Below are positions 1-7,943 of a stretch of 32,000 nucleotides of DNA, in pieces. Within the stretch, counting starts at the first letter, position 1. Each line of letters begins with the position of its first letter. The translations under genes and the position numbers were made by a program. The notes under the pieces are model-generated. The model was not told where the DNA came from, searched no databases, and worked only from the letters and a program-made list of their open reading frames with translations. Source of the DNA: Candidatus Korarchaeum cryptofilum OPF8 (GTDB lineage Archaea; Korarchaeota; Korarchaeia; Korarchaeales; Korarchaeaceae); assembly GCF_000019605.1 (NCBI RefSeq), contig NC_010482.1, forward strand, positions 1,230,001-1,262,000, read 5' to 3'.

Positions 1-692
1 CTGTCTTTCTCAGTCACTGGAACAGGGTTTCCACCGAGCCAATAGTAAGGGTTCCCCCTCGTATCTATCCTCTCAAGCACATAGTTCTCATACTTCGCCC
101 TAGCTAATCTCGTTATCCTTATGGGAGTATCTTGAGAGACCCTGTAGGGGAAGTTGACGTTCAGGAGATCCACTCCCTCCGGCATCCCCCTCCTGAGGAT
201 CCAATCAGTTATTTTAGCTGCTATCCTCGCATGAGTGAGGAACCTATCCACCGGCCTGCTGAGCTGTCCCCCGGGGATCTCGACGCTGAAGGCTGAGGAC
301 TTTATACCCATTATGGAAGCCTGCAGTGCTGCAGCTATCGTACCGCTAGTGAATAGATTATCCAGTGTTATGTTATCCCCTACATTTATCCCTGATACAA
401 CTATATCGGGCGTTGAATTCATTATGAATTTTAGAGCTACAGTAACAGCGTCTCCGGGAGTCCCACTGACCGTGAAGGCCTCTCTATAACCGAACCCACT
501 AACCTTGACCGGCAGTTTTCTTATCCTAAGGGGTTTATGTAGTGTTATTCCCTTGCCAGCCGCACTCATCTCGTGCTCGGGGACGACTACAGTTACCTTC
601 CCTATTTTCGCCTCTAATAAAGCGATCCAAAGGGCTCTGAATGGTGCTGAATGGATCCCATCATCGTTCGTTAAGAGTATCTCACTTTCCAT
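1..692 (-). CDS. surE: 5'/3'-nucleotidase SurE (3' end of gene lies beyond the left window edge)
   Basis: This ORF is absent from the ORF track because it runs off the window. Reverse-strand translation from the ATG at complement 690-692 reads MESEILLTNDDGIHSAPFRALWIALLEAKIGKVTVVVPEHEMSAAGKGITLHKP...VSGTPGDAVTVAL...PDIVVSGINVGDN...FTSGTIAAALQA. This matches the SurE hallmarks (LLTNDDG, GTP-D-V, SGIN-G-N, SGT-AA). The + strand ORFs 235-489 and 505-708 are its antisense shadows. Confidence 0.85.
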   Translation of the reverse strand, partial: MESEILLTNDDGIHSAPFRALWIALLEAKIGKVTVVVPEHEMSAAGKGITLHKPLRIRKLPVKVSGFGYREAFTVSGTPGDAVTVALKFIMNSTPDIVVSGINVGDNITLDNLFTSGTIAAALQASIMGIKSSAFSVEIPGGQLSRPVDRFLTHARIAAKITDWILRRGMPEGVDLLNVNFPYRVSQDTPIRITRLARAKYENYVLERIDTRGNPYYWLGGNPVPVTEKD

Positions 693-1395
693 GTTTAGAC
701 CTCAGTGATCTGACTAAGTCCATGGCATATTTCTCCTCAGGCTGGGAGCCCACTGAGGTATCTAAGATCACCTCATTTCCATCTTCCCTCATTAATATGA
801 CGTTATGGGGGACTGCTGAGACTTGATAACTATCAGCTAGATCGGGATTCTCATATGCCTCTATGCAATCCGCCTCTATGATCCCCTTCAATTCTATAGC
901 GAATTTATTCGCTAGGAGGACCTGGTAGGGGCAGTATGGGCACGTCGGTGTGACGAAAGTCATTATATGTATATCTTTATGATCAAACTGGCGAACGGAA
1001 CCCAGAATTTCTTTGGTCCTCTCACTCAACCCGCTCTCATCTCTGCTGAGCAGGATGATCGTTTCAACGAAAGCCCAGGCCTCGTATCCCAGTGGGGCGC
1101 CCATGTACCTTATCTTATAGCCTTTCCTCGGATCTAGAAGTATTGTCGGAGTTCTAGTGACGTTGAATTCCTCTAGGGCTTCTGGATCTATTTTAACGTC
1201 TATTACTCTTACTTCTATCATATCTGAGAGACTCCCTAACTCTAAGAGTAAGCTCTCCGTCCATTCAGAGTATTCTTCATTCCCGAGCCCCTTTAATAGG
1301 AGAATTTCAACTGGTCTGACCATCTCCGATTCAAACCTAGCTCTTAGCTGAGCAGCTGTTTGCTCATCTATTATTCTTCCTCCTTTCGAAGACAT
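682..1395 (-). CDS. Protein disulfide oxidoreductase (PDO, glutaredoxin-like, two thioredoxin-fold units) with a CPYC site only in the C-terminal unit
   Basis: The 237 aa product is collinear, from memory, with Pyrococcus-type PDO: KIRYMGAPLGYEAWAFVETI and IMTFVTPTCPYCPYQVLLANKFAIE. It has an ATG start with GGTGGA 4 nt upstream, and its stop overlaps the surE start by 11 nt, suggesting an operon. Confidence 0.8.
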   Translation of the reverse strand: MSSKGGRIIDEQTAAQLRARFESEMVRPVEILLLKGLGNEEYSEWTESLLLELGSLSDMIEVRVIDVKIDPEALEEFNVTRTPTILLDPRKGYKIRYMGAPLGYEAWAFVETIILLSRDESGLSERTKEILGSVRQFDHKDIHIMTFVTPTCPYCPYQVLLANKFAIELKGIIEADCIEAYENPDLADSYQVSAVPHNVILMREDGNEVILDTSVGSQPEEKYAMDLVRSLRSKHGK

Positions 1396-1872
1396 ACTTC
1401 CACCGACTCAAGGTGAGTGGGATCTATTTAAAAATTCGCGATCGATTGATTGACGACCTTTAAGATGCCTGATCTTAATTCAGGTGCTTTATTATGGGAT
1501 CCAGATTCCTTCAGAGATCCACACTGCTTAGCATGCCCTCTTAAGCATAGGGGCATTGCCTCGGAACGGCTTCTAAGAGGAGACTATAAGTTGAGATGTT
1601 ACCTCTGGGATCTCTCAAACGTACAGTTTATCGCCTAAAATAGGCATTATTCCCTGAGAGATATTGAATATCCGGTTTAGTTGATTTATATTTTTCTCTA
1701 TATCTTTGAGATTCATAAAAAAGATCGGTTTATTTTCTGTATTATATAAATCTAATTTTAAATTCATTACCTAATAGAACAATTATATTTATAAATTTTC
1801 TTATAATGGAGGAGAATGTAAAAATACTCTAAAGAGGGGGGTTAGATATCTTTTTACCTTATACCTCTCCCT

Positions 1873-2481
1873 ATGAAATGGGGTGATGTTCCTCTGATAG
1901 AGATAAGATGGCATGGAAGAGGGGGCCAAGGTGTTTGGAGCGGTTCCGCTGTCCTCGCTTATGCCGCGATAAAAGCTGGAAAATATGCTCAATCTTTCCC
2001 TCAATTCGGGCCTGAGAGGCTAGGCGGTCCTGTTACAGCATTCAACAGGATAGATGATGAGCCCATAGTCGAGAGGGGACCTATATACGAGCCCGACATC
2101 GTCATCGTTATAGATCCTAGCTTAGTGAAGCCCAGATATGTCAGCTCACTTATAGAAGGATTGAAGCCTGGCGGTAAGCTACTAGTCAATTCTGAGGGTG
2201 ATCCTTCATCTATCAGATCGCAGCTAAGTATACCAGACGAATTCGAAGTTTGGAGCGTGGATGCGACGACCATAGCATTAGAGGAGATCGGAAGGGCATC
2301 TCCCAATACTACAATGCTCGGATTGCTCCTGGCAGCCACCAACTTACTACCAATCGAGTACCTTGAGGAAGGGATAAGGTGGAGATGGTCCGGTGATGTA
2401 GCTCAGAAGAACATAAACGCTCTGAAGAGGGCTATGAAGGAGGCCTCTGTTGATCGTGCGAAGGAGGTGATTAGGGCTTGA
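1873..2481 (+). CDS. porC: Pyruvate/2-oxoacid:ferredoxin oxidoreductase, gamma subunit
   Basis: The 202 aa product has the N-terminus IEIRWHGRGGQGVWSGSAVLAYAAIKAGKYAQSFPQFGPERLGGPV typical of POR/VOR gamma subunits. It is the first gene of a gamma-delta-alpha-beta operon with overlapping stop/start codons. Confidence 0.9.
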   Translation: MKWGDVPLIEIRWHGRGGQGVWSGSAVLAYAAIKAGKYAQSFPQFGPERLGGPVTAFNRIDDEPIVERGPIYEPDIVIVIDPSLVKPRYVSSLIEGLKPGGKLLVNSEGDPSSIRSQLSIPDEFEVWSVDATTIALEEIGRASPNTTMLGLLLAATNLLPIEYLEEGIRWRWSGDVAQKNINALKRAMKEASVDRAKEVIRA

Positions 2482-2753
2482 GCTCTAGTTTGGTTGGTTG
2501 GAAGGATCTCCCGTTAGGTGCTGTTGCTTTTATAAGCGCGAAAGAGTATCCGACGGGCGAGTGGGCTGTATTCCAGCCTAAAATCGATGAGAGTAAATGC
2601 ATCAAATGCGGCCTTTGTTGGATGTACTGTCCAGATAGCGTTTACAGGTGGGATGGGGAGAGCGTCCCAGTACCTGATCTTGATCATTGCAAGGGATGCG
2701 GCATTTGTGAGGTTGAATGTCCTACCAAAGCTATCCAGATGGTGAGGGTTTGA
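2478..2753 (+). CDS. porD: Pyruvate/2-oxoacid:ferredoxin oxidoreductase, delta subunit (2x[4Fe-4S] ferredoxin-like)
   Basis: The 91 aa product carries two CxxCxxCxxxCP motifs (CIKCGLCWMYCP and CKGCGICEVECP). Its TTG start overlaps the TGA stop of the gamma gene. Confidence 0.9.
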   Translation: MSSSLVGWKDLPLGAVAFISAKEYPTGEWAVFQPKIDESKCIKCGLCWMYCPDSVYRWDGESVPVPDLDHCKGCGICEVECPTKAIQMVRV

Positions 2754-2766
2754 GGGGGTGTTCGAC

Positions 2767-3999
2767 ATGTTGAAGCAGGTTAAGGGAACTATGATGGCCC
2801 TAAACGGTGATGAAGCGGTTGCTTGGGCCGTGAAACAGAGCAATGTTGATGTAGTTTCAGCTTATCCAATAACTCCTCAGACAATAATAGTTGAGAGAAT
2901 ATCTGAATTCGTCAACGACGGCGAGATGGATGCTGAGTTCATACACGTGGAGAGCGAGCATAGTGCATTAAGTGCCGCATGGGGAGCGGCTTTAGCTGGC
3001 GCTAGAGCATTCACAGCAACTGCAGCGAACGGTTTAGCACTAATGTGGGAAATTTTGTATATTACGGCATCGACTAGAGCCCCTGTTGTGATGGCTGTCG
3101 TAAATAGGGCTTTGAGCGCTCCAATAAACATACATAATGATCACAGCGATACGATGGGAGCTAGGGACTCGGGCTGGATACAGATATACAGTGAAGATGC
3201 CCAAGAGGCATATGATAACACAATAATGGCCTTTAAAATTGCAGAGCAAGCGCTATTCCCTGTGATGGTAACCTTAGATGGATTTACAATCTCTCATACA
3301 CTCCAGAATGTCATAGTGCTCCCTGATGATGTTGTTTCGGATTTCGTCGGTGTCAGGAAGATCCCTAGGATAAAGCTGCCTAGGATTCATGGCGAGAAGG
3401 AGATACCACTGATGCTCAACCCCAAGTACCCGATAACATTCGGTCCACTTGATCTCTATGACTATTACTTCGAGCACAAAGTCCAGCAGAACGAGGCTAT
3501 GAAGGAGACTTTCCCGATAATAGAGAGGGTCCATAAGGAGTATGGAGAGATCAGCGGAAGATCTTATGAGCCCGTCTTCATGATCCCATATAGGACGGAT
3601 GATGCCGATGTCGTGATCTTCGGGCTCTCCTCAACGATGAGTGTGGTGAGGAAAGTGGTGGATGAGCTCAGGGCTGAAGGGAAGAAAGTTGGAGCGATTA
3701 GGCTCAGAGTATTCAGACCGTTCCCAGCCAATATAATTAGGAAGGAGCTCTCAAAGTTCCATGCGGTCGGCATCCTAGATAGATGCATAAGCTTCGGAGG
3801 GGAGGGAGGTCCACTTTTCACGGAGGTAAGATCTGCCCTCTATAGATCGAGTTCCAGACCCATAGTACATGATTACATATATGGATTGGGAGGAAGAGAT
3901 CTTCCACGCAAGCTTATAGTTAAAATCTTTGAAGAACTTCTCTCCGCTAGGGAGGAGCCGGAGTCGCCTGTAGTGAGGTACGTGGGGGTGAGGGAGTGA
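2767..3999 (+). CDS. porA: Pyruvate/2-oxoacid:ferredoxin oxidoreductase, alpha subunit
   Basis: The sequence LNGDEAVAWAVKQ...AYPITPQT...ESEHSALSAAWGAALAGARAFTATAANGLALM...NRALSAPINIHNDHSD is typical of POR/VOR alpha subunits. The ORF track starts at GTG 2758. I prefer ATG 2767 because it lies 8-9 nt after GAGGGGG. The POR versus VOR/KOR substrate cannot be decided by eye. Confidence 0.9.
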   Translation: MLKQVKGTMMALNGDEAVAWAVKQSNVDVVSAYPITPQTIIVERISEFVNDGEMDAEFIHVESEHSALSAAWGAALAGARAFTATAANGLALMWEILYITASTRAPVVMAVVNRALSAPINIHNDHSDTMGARDSGWIQIYSEDAQEAYDNTIMAFKIAEQALFPVMVTLDGFTISHTLQNVIVLPDDVVSDFVGVRKIPRIKLPRIHGEKEIPLMLNPKYPITFGPLDLYDYYFEHKVQQNEAMKETFPIIERVHKEYGEISGRSYEPVFMIPYRTDDADVVIFGLSSTMSVVRKVVDELRAEGKKVGAIRLRVFRPFPANIIRKELSKFHAVGILDRCISFGGEGGPLFTEVRSALYRSSSRPIVHDYIYGLGGRDLPRKLIVKIFEELLSAREEPESPVVRYVGVRE

Positions 4000-4979
4000 T
4001 GTCCACTTGGAAGCCCGATATAAAGGAGTTGGCCAGAAAGGAGCTTAAGACAAGACCCATAGAATCCGGGCACAGGCTCTGCGCTGGATGCGGGGCAGGG
4101 ATCATAATAAGGCAGATAGCTATGGCCGCGAGGAAGCCCATAGTTTGGATTACGGCGACTGGTTGCGTCGAGGTCGCGACCACCATATTCCCGTACACTT
4201 CTTGGAACGTCCCTTGGGCTCACAATGCATTTGAAAACGCAGCTGCCGTTGGCTCTGGTGTTGAAGCTGCTAGGAAGAAGCTTTACAGGTCAAAGAGATT
4301 CCAAGGTGATCCTGATGTCGAGTTAGACTATGATGTCGTTGTCCTCGGAGGTGATGGAGGGACTTACGATATAGGGCTTCAGGCAATATCAGGAGCCTTC
4401 GAGAGGGGTGATAAGATACTCTACGTTCTATACGATAACGAGGCTTACATGAACACCGGTATCCAGAGATCGGGAGGTACTCCATTTGGAGCTAGGACAA
4501 CTACTACACCAGTTGGCAGAGTTATAAAGGGTAAAATACAGTTCAAGAAGCCGATAGTGGACATAATGGTCGCTCACAGGATACCCTACGCTGCGACTAT
4601 ATCCTCAGCGTACTGGAATGATGCAATAGTAAAGCTTAGGAAGGGGTTTGAGGCTGAGGGGCCAGCTTTCATCCATGCCTTCTCGACATGCCCTCTCGGA
4701 TGGGGTAACGAGACATCGGAGACGATTAAGATCATGAAACTAGCCGTTGAAACATGCGTCTTCCCTCTGTATGAGGTCGAGAATGGCCAATACAAATTAA
4801 CGGGTCCTACATTAGCTATAGCAAAGAATCCAGACAGGAAGAAGCCGGTAGAGGAGTACTTAAAACTCCAGGCGAGATTCAGGCATATGCTCAGGCCGGA
4901 GAATAAATGGATGGTCGAGAAGTTCCAGGAATGGGTTGATAGAGAGTGGGAGCTCCTCCTGAAGAAGGCGGGCCTCTAA
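3999..4979 (+). CDS. porB: Pyruvate/2-oxoacid:ferredoxin oxidoreductase, beta subunit (TPP and Fe-S binding)
   Basis: The product contains HRLCAGCGAG and the TPP motif VVLGGDGGTYDIG...YDNEAYMNTG. ATG 3999 overlaps the alpha stop (gTGATG); GTG 3996 is an alternative start. An oligo-T tract follows the stop. Confidence 0.9.
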   Translation: MSTWKPDIKELARKELKTRPIESGHRLCAGCGAGIIIRQIAMAARKPIVWITATGCVEVATTIFPYTSWNVPWAHNAFENAAAVGSGVEAARKKLYRSKRFQGDPDVELDYDVVVLGGDGGTYDIGLQAISGAFERGDKILYVLYDNEAYMNTGIQRSGGTPFGARTTTTPVGRVIKGKIQFKKPIVDIMVAHRIPYAATISSAYWNDAIVKLRKGFEAEGPAFIHAFSTCPLGWGNETSETIKIMKLAVETCVFPLYEVENGQYKLTGPTLAIAKNPDRKKPVEEYLKLQARFRHMLRPENKWMVEKFQEWVDREWELLLKKAGL

Positions 4980-4983
4980 CACC

Positions 4984-4993
4984 TTTTTTATTT
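4984..4993 (+). terminator. Oligo-T tract (TTTTTTATTT) just after the porB stop; likely archaeal intrinsic terminator
   Basis: The T-run begins 5 nt after the stop codon. The complementary strand downstream of the convergent gene 5035-5286 also shows T-runs. This is the only convergent junction in the window with real intergenic space. Confidence 0.4.
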
Positions 4994-5034
4994 AAGAAAA
5001 ATAACTGAAGAAAATATCATTAAAAAGTTAGAGC

Positions 5035-5286
5035 TTAGAACTCCTCTTCCTCCTCCCAAGAGGTTTCTTCCTCACCCTCCTCCCAGAAGTCCTCATCTTC
5101 TAGCCATTCTTCCTCCTCTAGACCTTCTTCCAGTGGAATAACGTCCTTCAATTCACCCCTCTCTATCCTGACGTCAAGCAGTGTACCGCAGTTTGGGCAC
5201 TGCAGCTCTCCCTCGTAATCGTCCTCATCTAGGTAAAATTCGTAACCACATGCCGGGCAGACGATCTCTGGCAAGGTCTTCACCAA
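5035..5286 (-). CDS. Small zinc-ribbon protein with a poly-acidic, Trp-containing C-terminal tail (LysW-like N-terminal fold; function unknown)
   Basis: The 83 aa product contains CPACG-x17-CPNCG followed by LDVRIERGELKDVIPLEE, which resembles the LysW/ArgW carrier-protein ribbon. Twenty of the last 33 residues are D/E, with 3 W and 2 F. A TTG(5286)/GTG(5283) start lies about 25 nt downstream of TATATATA, suggesting a leaderless transcript. Confidence 0.6.
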   Translation of the reverse strand: MVKTLPEIVCPACGYEFYLDEDDYEGELQCPNCGTLLDVRIERGELKDVIPLEEGLEEEEWLEDEDFWEEGEEETSWEEEEEF

Positions 5287-5306
5287 GGCGCAGGGCTTGA
5301 TGACCC

Positions 5307-5314
5307 TATATATA
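5307..5314 (-). promoter_or_regulatory. TATA-like box for the LysW-like gene
   Basis: TATATATA is centred about 25 nt upstream of the TTG/GTG start at 5286/5283, with no Shine-Dalgarno in between. This is consistent with a leaderless mRNA. Confidence 0.4.
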
Positions 5315-5330
5315 CGTTTCGCTCCTCTTC

Positions 5331-5762
5331 CTACTCCATGGAACTCCTAGAGGTGCTGGTATCCGTGGCTTCCCTCATGCGTCTTATGGCTAGGAGCACT
5401 AGTGCGAGTTCCAAGACCCCTCCGATCAGTGAGAGGGAGAAGAGCCTGAATCCGACCTCAATATCCTCCTCAAAGGGGCATGCTTCTATACATGGATTGG
5501 GTACATAATTCATGTAACCTAGTAGGCCATAAGATGAAATAATTATTATAAATATTGCGATTACTGTGGCAAGAATTCCAATCTTTCTCCTGAATATTGA
5601 TATTATTTGTACCAGTATGAGAGTGAGGTAACTATATCTCAGGATGTAACATGAGAAACAAGGCTTCACTAAGAGCACGTATTCTGTGTAAAAACTTATT
5701 ATTTCTCCGGACAGTGCTATTAAAATGCCCAGGATCATGAAATCCCTATAACTCATCTCCAC
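5331..5762 (-). CDS. DsbB/BdbC-like membrane disulfide-bond formation protein (4 predicted TM helices)
   Basis: The 143 aa product has four hydrophobic segments. VKPCFSCYILRY at the end of TM1 resembles the DsbB signature (L-x-PC-x-x-C-x-x-(Q/E)R). A second Cys pair, PCIEAC, sits in the loop between TM3 and TM4. Confidence 0.55.
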   Translation of the reverse strand: MEMSYRDFMILGILIALSGEIISFYTEYVLLVKPCFSCYILRYSYLTLILVQIISIFRRKIGILATVIAIFIIIISSYGLLGYMNYVPNPCIEACPFEEDIEVGFRLFSLSLIGGVLELALVLLAIRRMREATDTSTSRSSME

Positions 5763-5927
5763 ACCGGGAATCCAGGGCCTGTATTTTAAAAAATTTTACT
5801 CTATATTCGCCGTATGAGCCATAGCTCTTTAAGAGCACGCTTAGCGTGTCTCAGGGAAAGCATTAGGAGCCTATTACCGACTTTTAGCTGGATTTATGAC
5901 TCTCTGATATGCTCAGGAGCTATGGAG

Positions 5928-6173
5928 TCATCTTTCATGGACGATGTAAAGGAGCTCATTTCCCCTCCAGATAGCTATTATTCTATGATGCGGTATCTCT
6001 CTCCCATCCCTCAGGACGATTCTATCCGATCTTACCTCTATCTCATCCCCCCTAACTTCACTAACATCATTGGGCATCCCTCTATCCCTAAAAATTATCC
6101 TATAATCTTCCCTCCTGTTCCTAGCATCCCAGATCATCGATTCCAATATCGCGCGGACCTTTCCCTTCCTCAC
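5928..6173 (-). CDS. DUF504 / UPF0248 (MJ1316-type RNA 2',3'-cyclic-end recognition domain) protein
   Basis: The 81 aa sequence MRKGKVRAILESMIWDARNRREDYRIIFRDRG...IPHHRIIAIWRGNELLY matches my recollection of the archaeal DUF504 pattern (IxWD...dY.I.y.DRg...IP.HRI..I...g). The longer + strand ORF 5814-6188 is low-complexity and treated as a shadow. Confidence 0.7.
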   Translation of the reverse strand: MRKGKVRAILESMIWDARNRREDYRIIFRDRGMPNDVSEVRGDEIEVRSDRIVLRDGREIPHHRIIAIWRGNELLYIVHER

Positions 6174-6224
6174 ATGATATCATGGTAGTTAAAGTAAAAA
6201 CCAGAGAGTGGTATAGCACGAGGG

Positions 6225-6938
6225 ATGGAAATGAGGATACTTGGACTCTCCGACGTACATGCCCCGATATTCCTCAGAGAACTGAAGGATGCTGCGAACG
6301 AATTTGAGGAAGCTGATCTCATTCTACTAGCTGGAGATATAATCGATAGAGGGAGGATAGAATACTACGGTGAGGTCGTCGATACGCTATCTAGCACGGG
6401 AGCTAAAATCGTAGCGGTCTTCGGGAACGATGAGTTCGACGACCTTAAGGAAGCGCTAAGGAGGGATAATCCGGAAGTCCTATTTCTGGACGATGAGAGT
6501 GTTGTTTTGGAAATTGAGGGGATTAGCATCGGCATAGTGGGATCTAGGGGGAGCCTCGAGCTCCCAACGACTTGGCAAAGGAGAAAAGTACCTAAAATAG
6601 AGGAAATATATGAAAACAGAGTTAGAATAATCGGTGAGATGCTCAGGGATCTGAGAGATAAAGCGCATATCTCAGTTTTACTGACTCATTACGCCACGAC
6701 AATGAGGACTCTGAGGGGAGAGAATCCGAGAGCATGGAGATATTTGGGCCACAGGGGCTTCGAGACTTATATGAACGAGGGACTCGTCGATATAGCTGTC
6801 CACGGTCATTCGCATAATGGAACAAAATTTGCAACCGTTGGGAAGGCCTCTGTATATAACGTTGCATTCCCTCTCTGGAAAAGGATCGTCGATATCGCCC
6901 CTAAGGGAGAGATCATTTTGGAGAGATACTTCGGGTAG
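6225..6938 (+). CDS. Calcineurin-like metallophosphoesterase
   Basis: All canonical metallophosphoesterase motifs appear in order: LSDVH (D-x-H), AGDIIDRG (GD-x-x-D), FGNDE (GN(H/D)E), LLTH, and HGHSH (GH-x-H). Confidence 0.8.
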   Translation: MEMRILGLSDVHAPIFLRELKDAANEFEEADLILLAGDIIDRGRIEYYGEVVDTLSSTGAKIVAVFGNDEFDDLKEALRRDNPEVLFLDDESVVLEIEGISIGIVGSRGSLELPTTWQRRKVPKIEEIYENRVRIIGEMLRDLRDKAHISVLLTHYATTMRTLRGENPRAWRYLGHRGFETYMNEGLVDIAVHGHSHNGTKFATVGKASVYNVAFPLWKRIVDIAPKGEIILERYFG

Positions 6939-6946
6939 GTGATCGG

Positions 6947-7279
6947 ATGCTGAGGGTAGTGATGACCACAGTAGAGAGCTTGAAGCAGGCTGAGGAGCTC
7001 TCAGATAAGATATTGAAGCAAAAACTCGCCAGCTGTGTTTCGATTTTCCCAATAACTAGTAAGTACTGGTGGAAAGGGGAGATCGAGAGAGCTGAGGAGA
7101 TACTCCTCTTGATAAAGACTCATCAGGAACTCGTTCAAGAGCTCCTCAATTTCTTGAAGGTGGAGCATCCATATGAAGTACCTGAGATCCTCGTGATACC
7201 GGTAGAGATCGCTAATGAAGATTACCTGAGGTGGGTGGAGGATGTTACGGTACGCGAGGCAGCTTCCTCTGATAGGTGA
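6947..7279 (+). CDS. cutA: Divalent-cation tolerance protein CutA
   Basis: The 110 aa product contains KLASCVSIFPITSKYWWKGEIERAEEILLLIKT...HPYEVPEILVIPVEIANEDYLRWV, the typical CutA1 signature. Its last 38 nt overlap the next gene. Confidence 0.85.
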   Translation: MLRVVMTTVESLKQAEELSDKILKQKLASCVSIFPITSKYWWKGEIERAEEILLLIKTHQELVQELLNFLKVEHPYEVPEILVIPVEIANEDYLRWVEDVTVREAASSDR

Positions 7280-7943
7280 GGAGGGGCAAGCAAAGCTGAG
7301 GAGCTCCCTCGTTGCTGTAGTCGGGGCCGGGGGAATAGGATCGCCTCTATCCCTCTACTTAGCCTCCGCTGGCGTCAATTTAAGGATAATAGATGGAGAT
7401 TCGGTGAGCTTCAATAATCTACACAGGCAAATACTTTACGGGGAGGAGGATATAGGGCTCCCTAAGGCCCTCGTTGCCGAGAGGGAACTGAGGAAGAGGA
7501 ACTCTGAAATATACGTAGAGGGGATAACTGAGAGGTTGACTGAGGAGAACGCCCCCAGGCTCCTAAGCGACGTAGATCTCGTCATGGATGCTTCAGATAA
7601 TTTCAGTACTAGATATATAATAAATGATTTCTGCGTCAGAAATGATATACCATTTGTTTATTCTGCGATCAACGGTTTCTATTTTGCGATCTCTTTCATA
7701 ATCCCTGGGAAGACGGCATGCCTCAGGTGCATCTTCCCTAAAGTCGAGGACTCGGGCCCCGTTCCAGTCATAGGGATGACACCCGCTTTAGTAGCCTCAA
7801 TAGCCGCTGCAGAAGCGGTGAAGTACATTGCGGGGTTAGGAACTTCCCTCGCGGGGAAGCTCTTAATAGGCGATCTTAAGGATGTGGAATTTACCCATAT
7901 TAGCGTAAGCAAAAGTAAAAATTGTCCAGTATGCTCTAGATAA
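7242..7943 (+). CDS. ThiF/MoeB/UbaA-type E1-like adenylyltransferase
   Basis: The product contains RYARQLPLIGEEGQAKL, the nucleotide loop VVGAGGIGSPL, NLHRQ, and two CxxC pairs (CLRC and CPVC) typical of the zinc site in MoeB/ThiF. Confidence 0.85.
   Translation: MLRYARQLPLIGEEGQAKLRSSLVAVVGAGGIGSPLSLYLASAGVNLRIIDGDSVSFNNLHRQILYGEEDIGLPKALVAERELRKRNSEIYVEGITERLTEENAPRLLSDVDLVMDASDNFSTRYIINDFCVRNDIPFVYSAINGFYFAISFIIPGKTACLRCIFPKVEDSGPVPVIGMTPALVASIAAAEAVKYIAGLGTSLAGKLLIGDLKDVEFTHISVSKSKNCPVCSR

Noticed and set aside
235-826. Three + strand ORFs (235-489, 505-708, 641-826) at the left edge
   Set aside because: They lie antisense to clear SurE and PDO coding sequence on the minus strand. Their products are low-complexity (Ser/Pro/Leu-rich) with no motif, so they are shadow ORFs.
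5814-6188. 124-aa + strand ORF, longer than the opposing 81-aa ORF
   Set aside because: The minus-strand product matches the DUF504/UPF0248 pattern well. The + strand product is Ser/Pro/Ile-rich with no recognisable motif.
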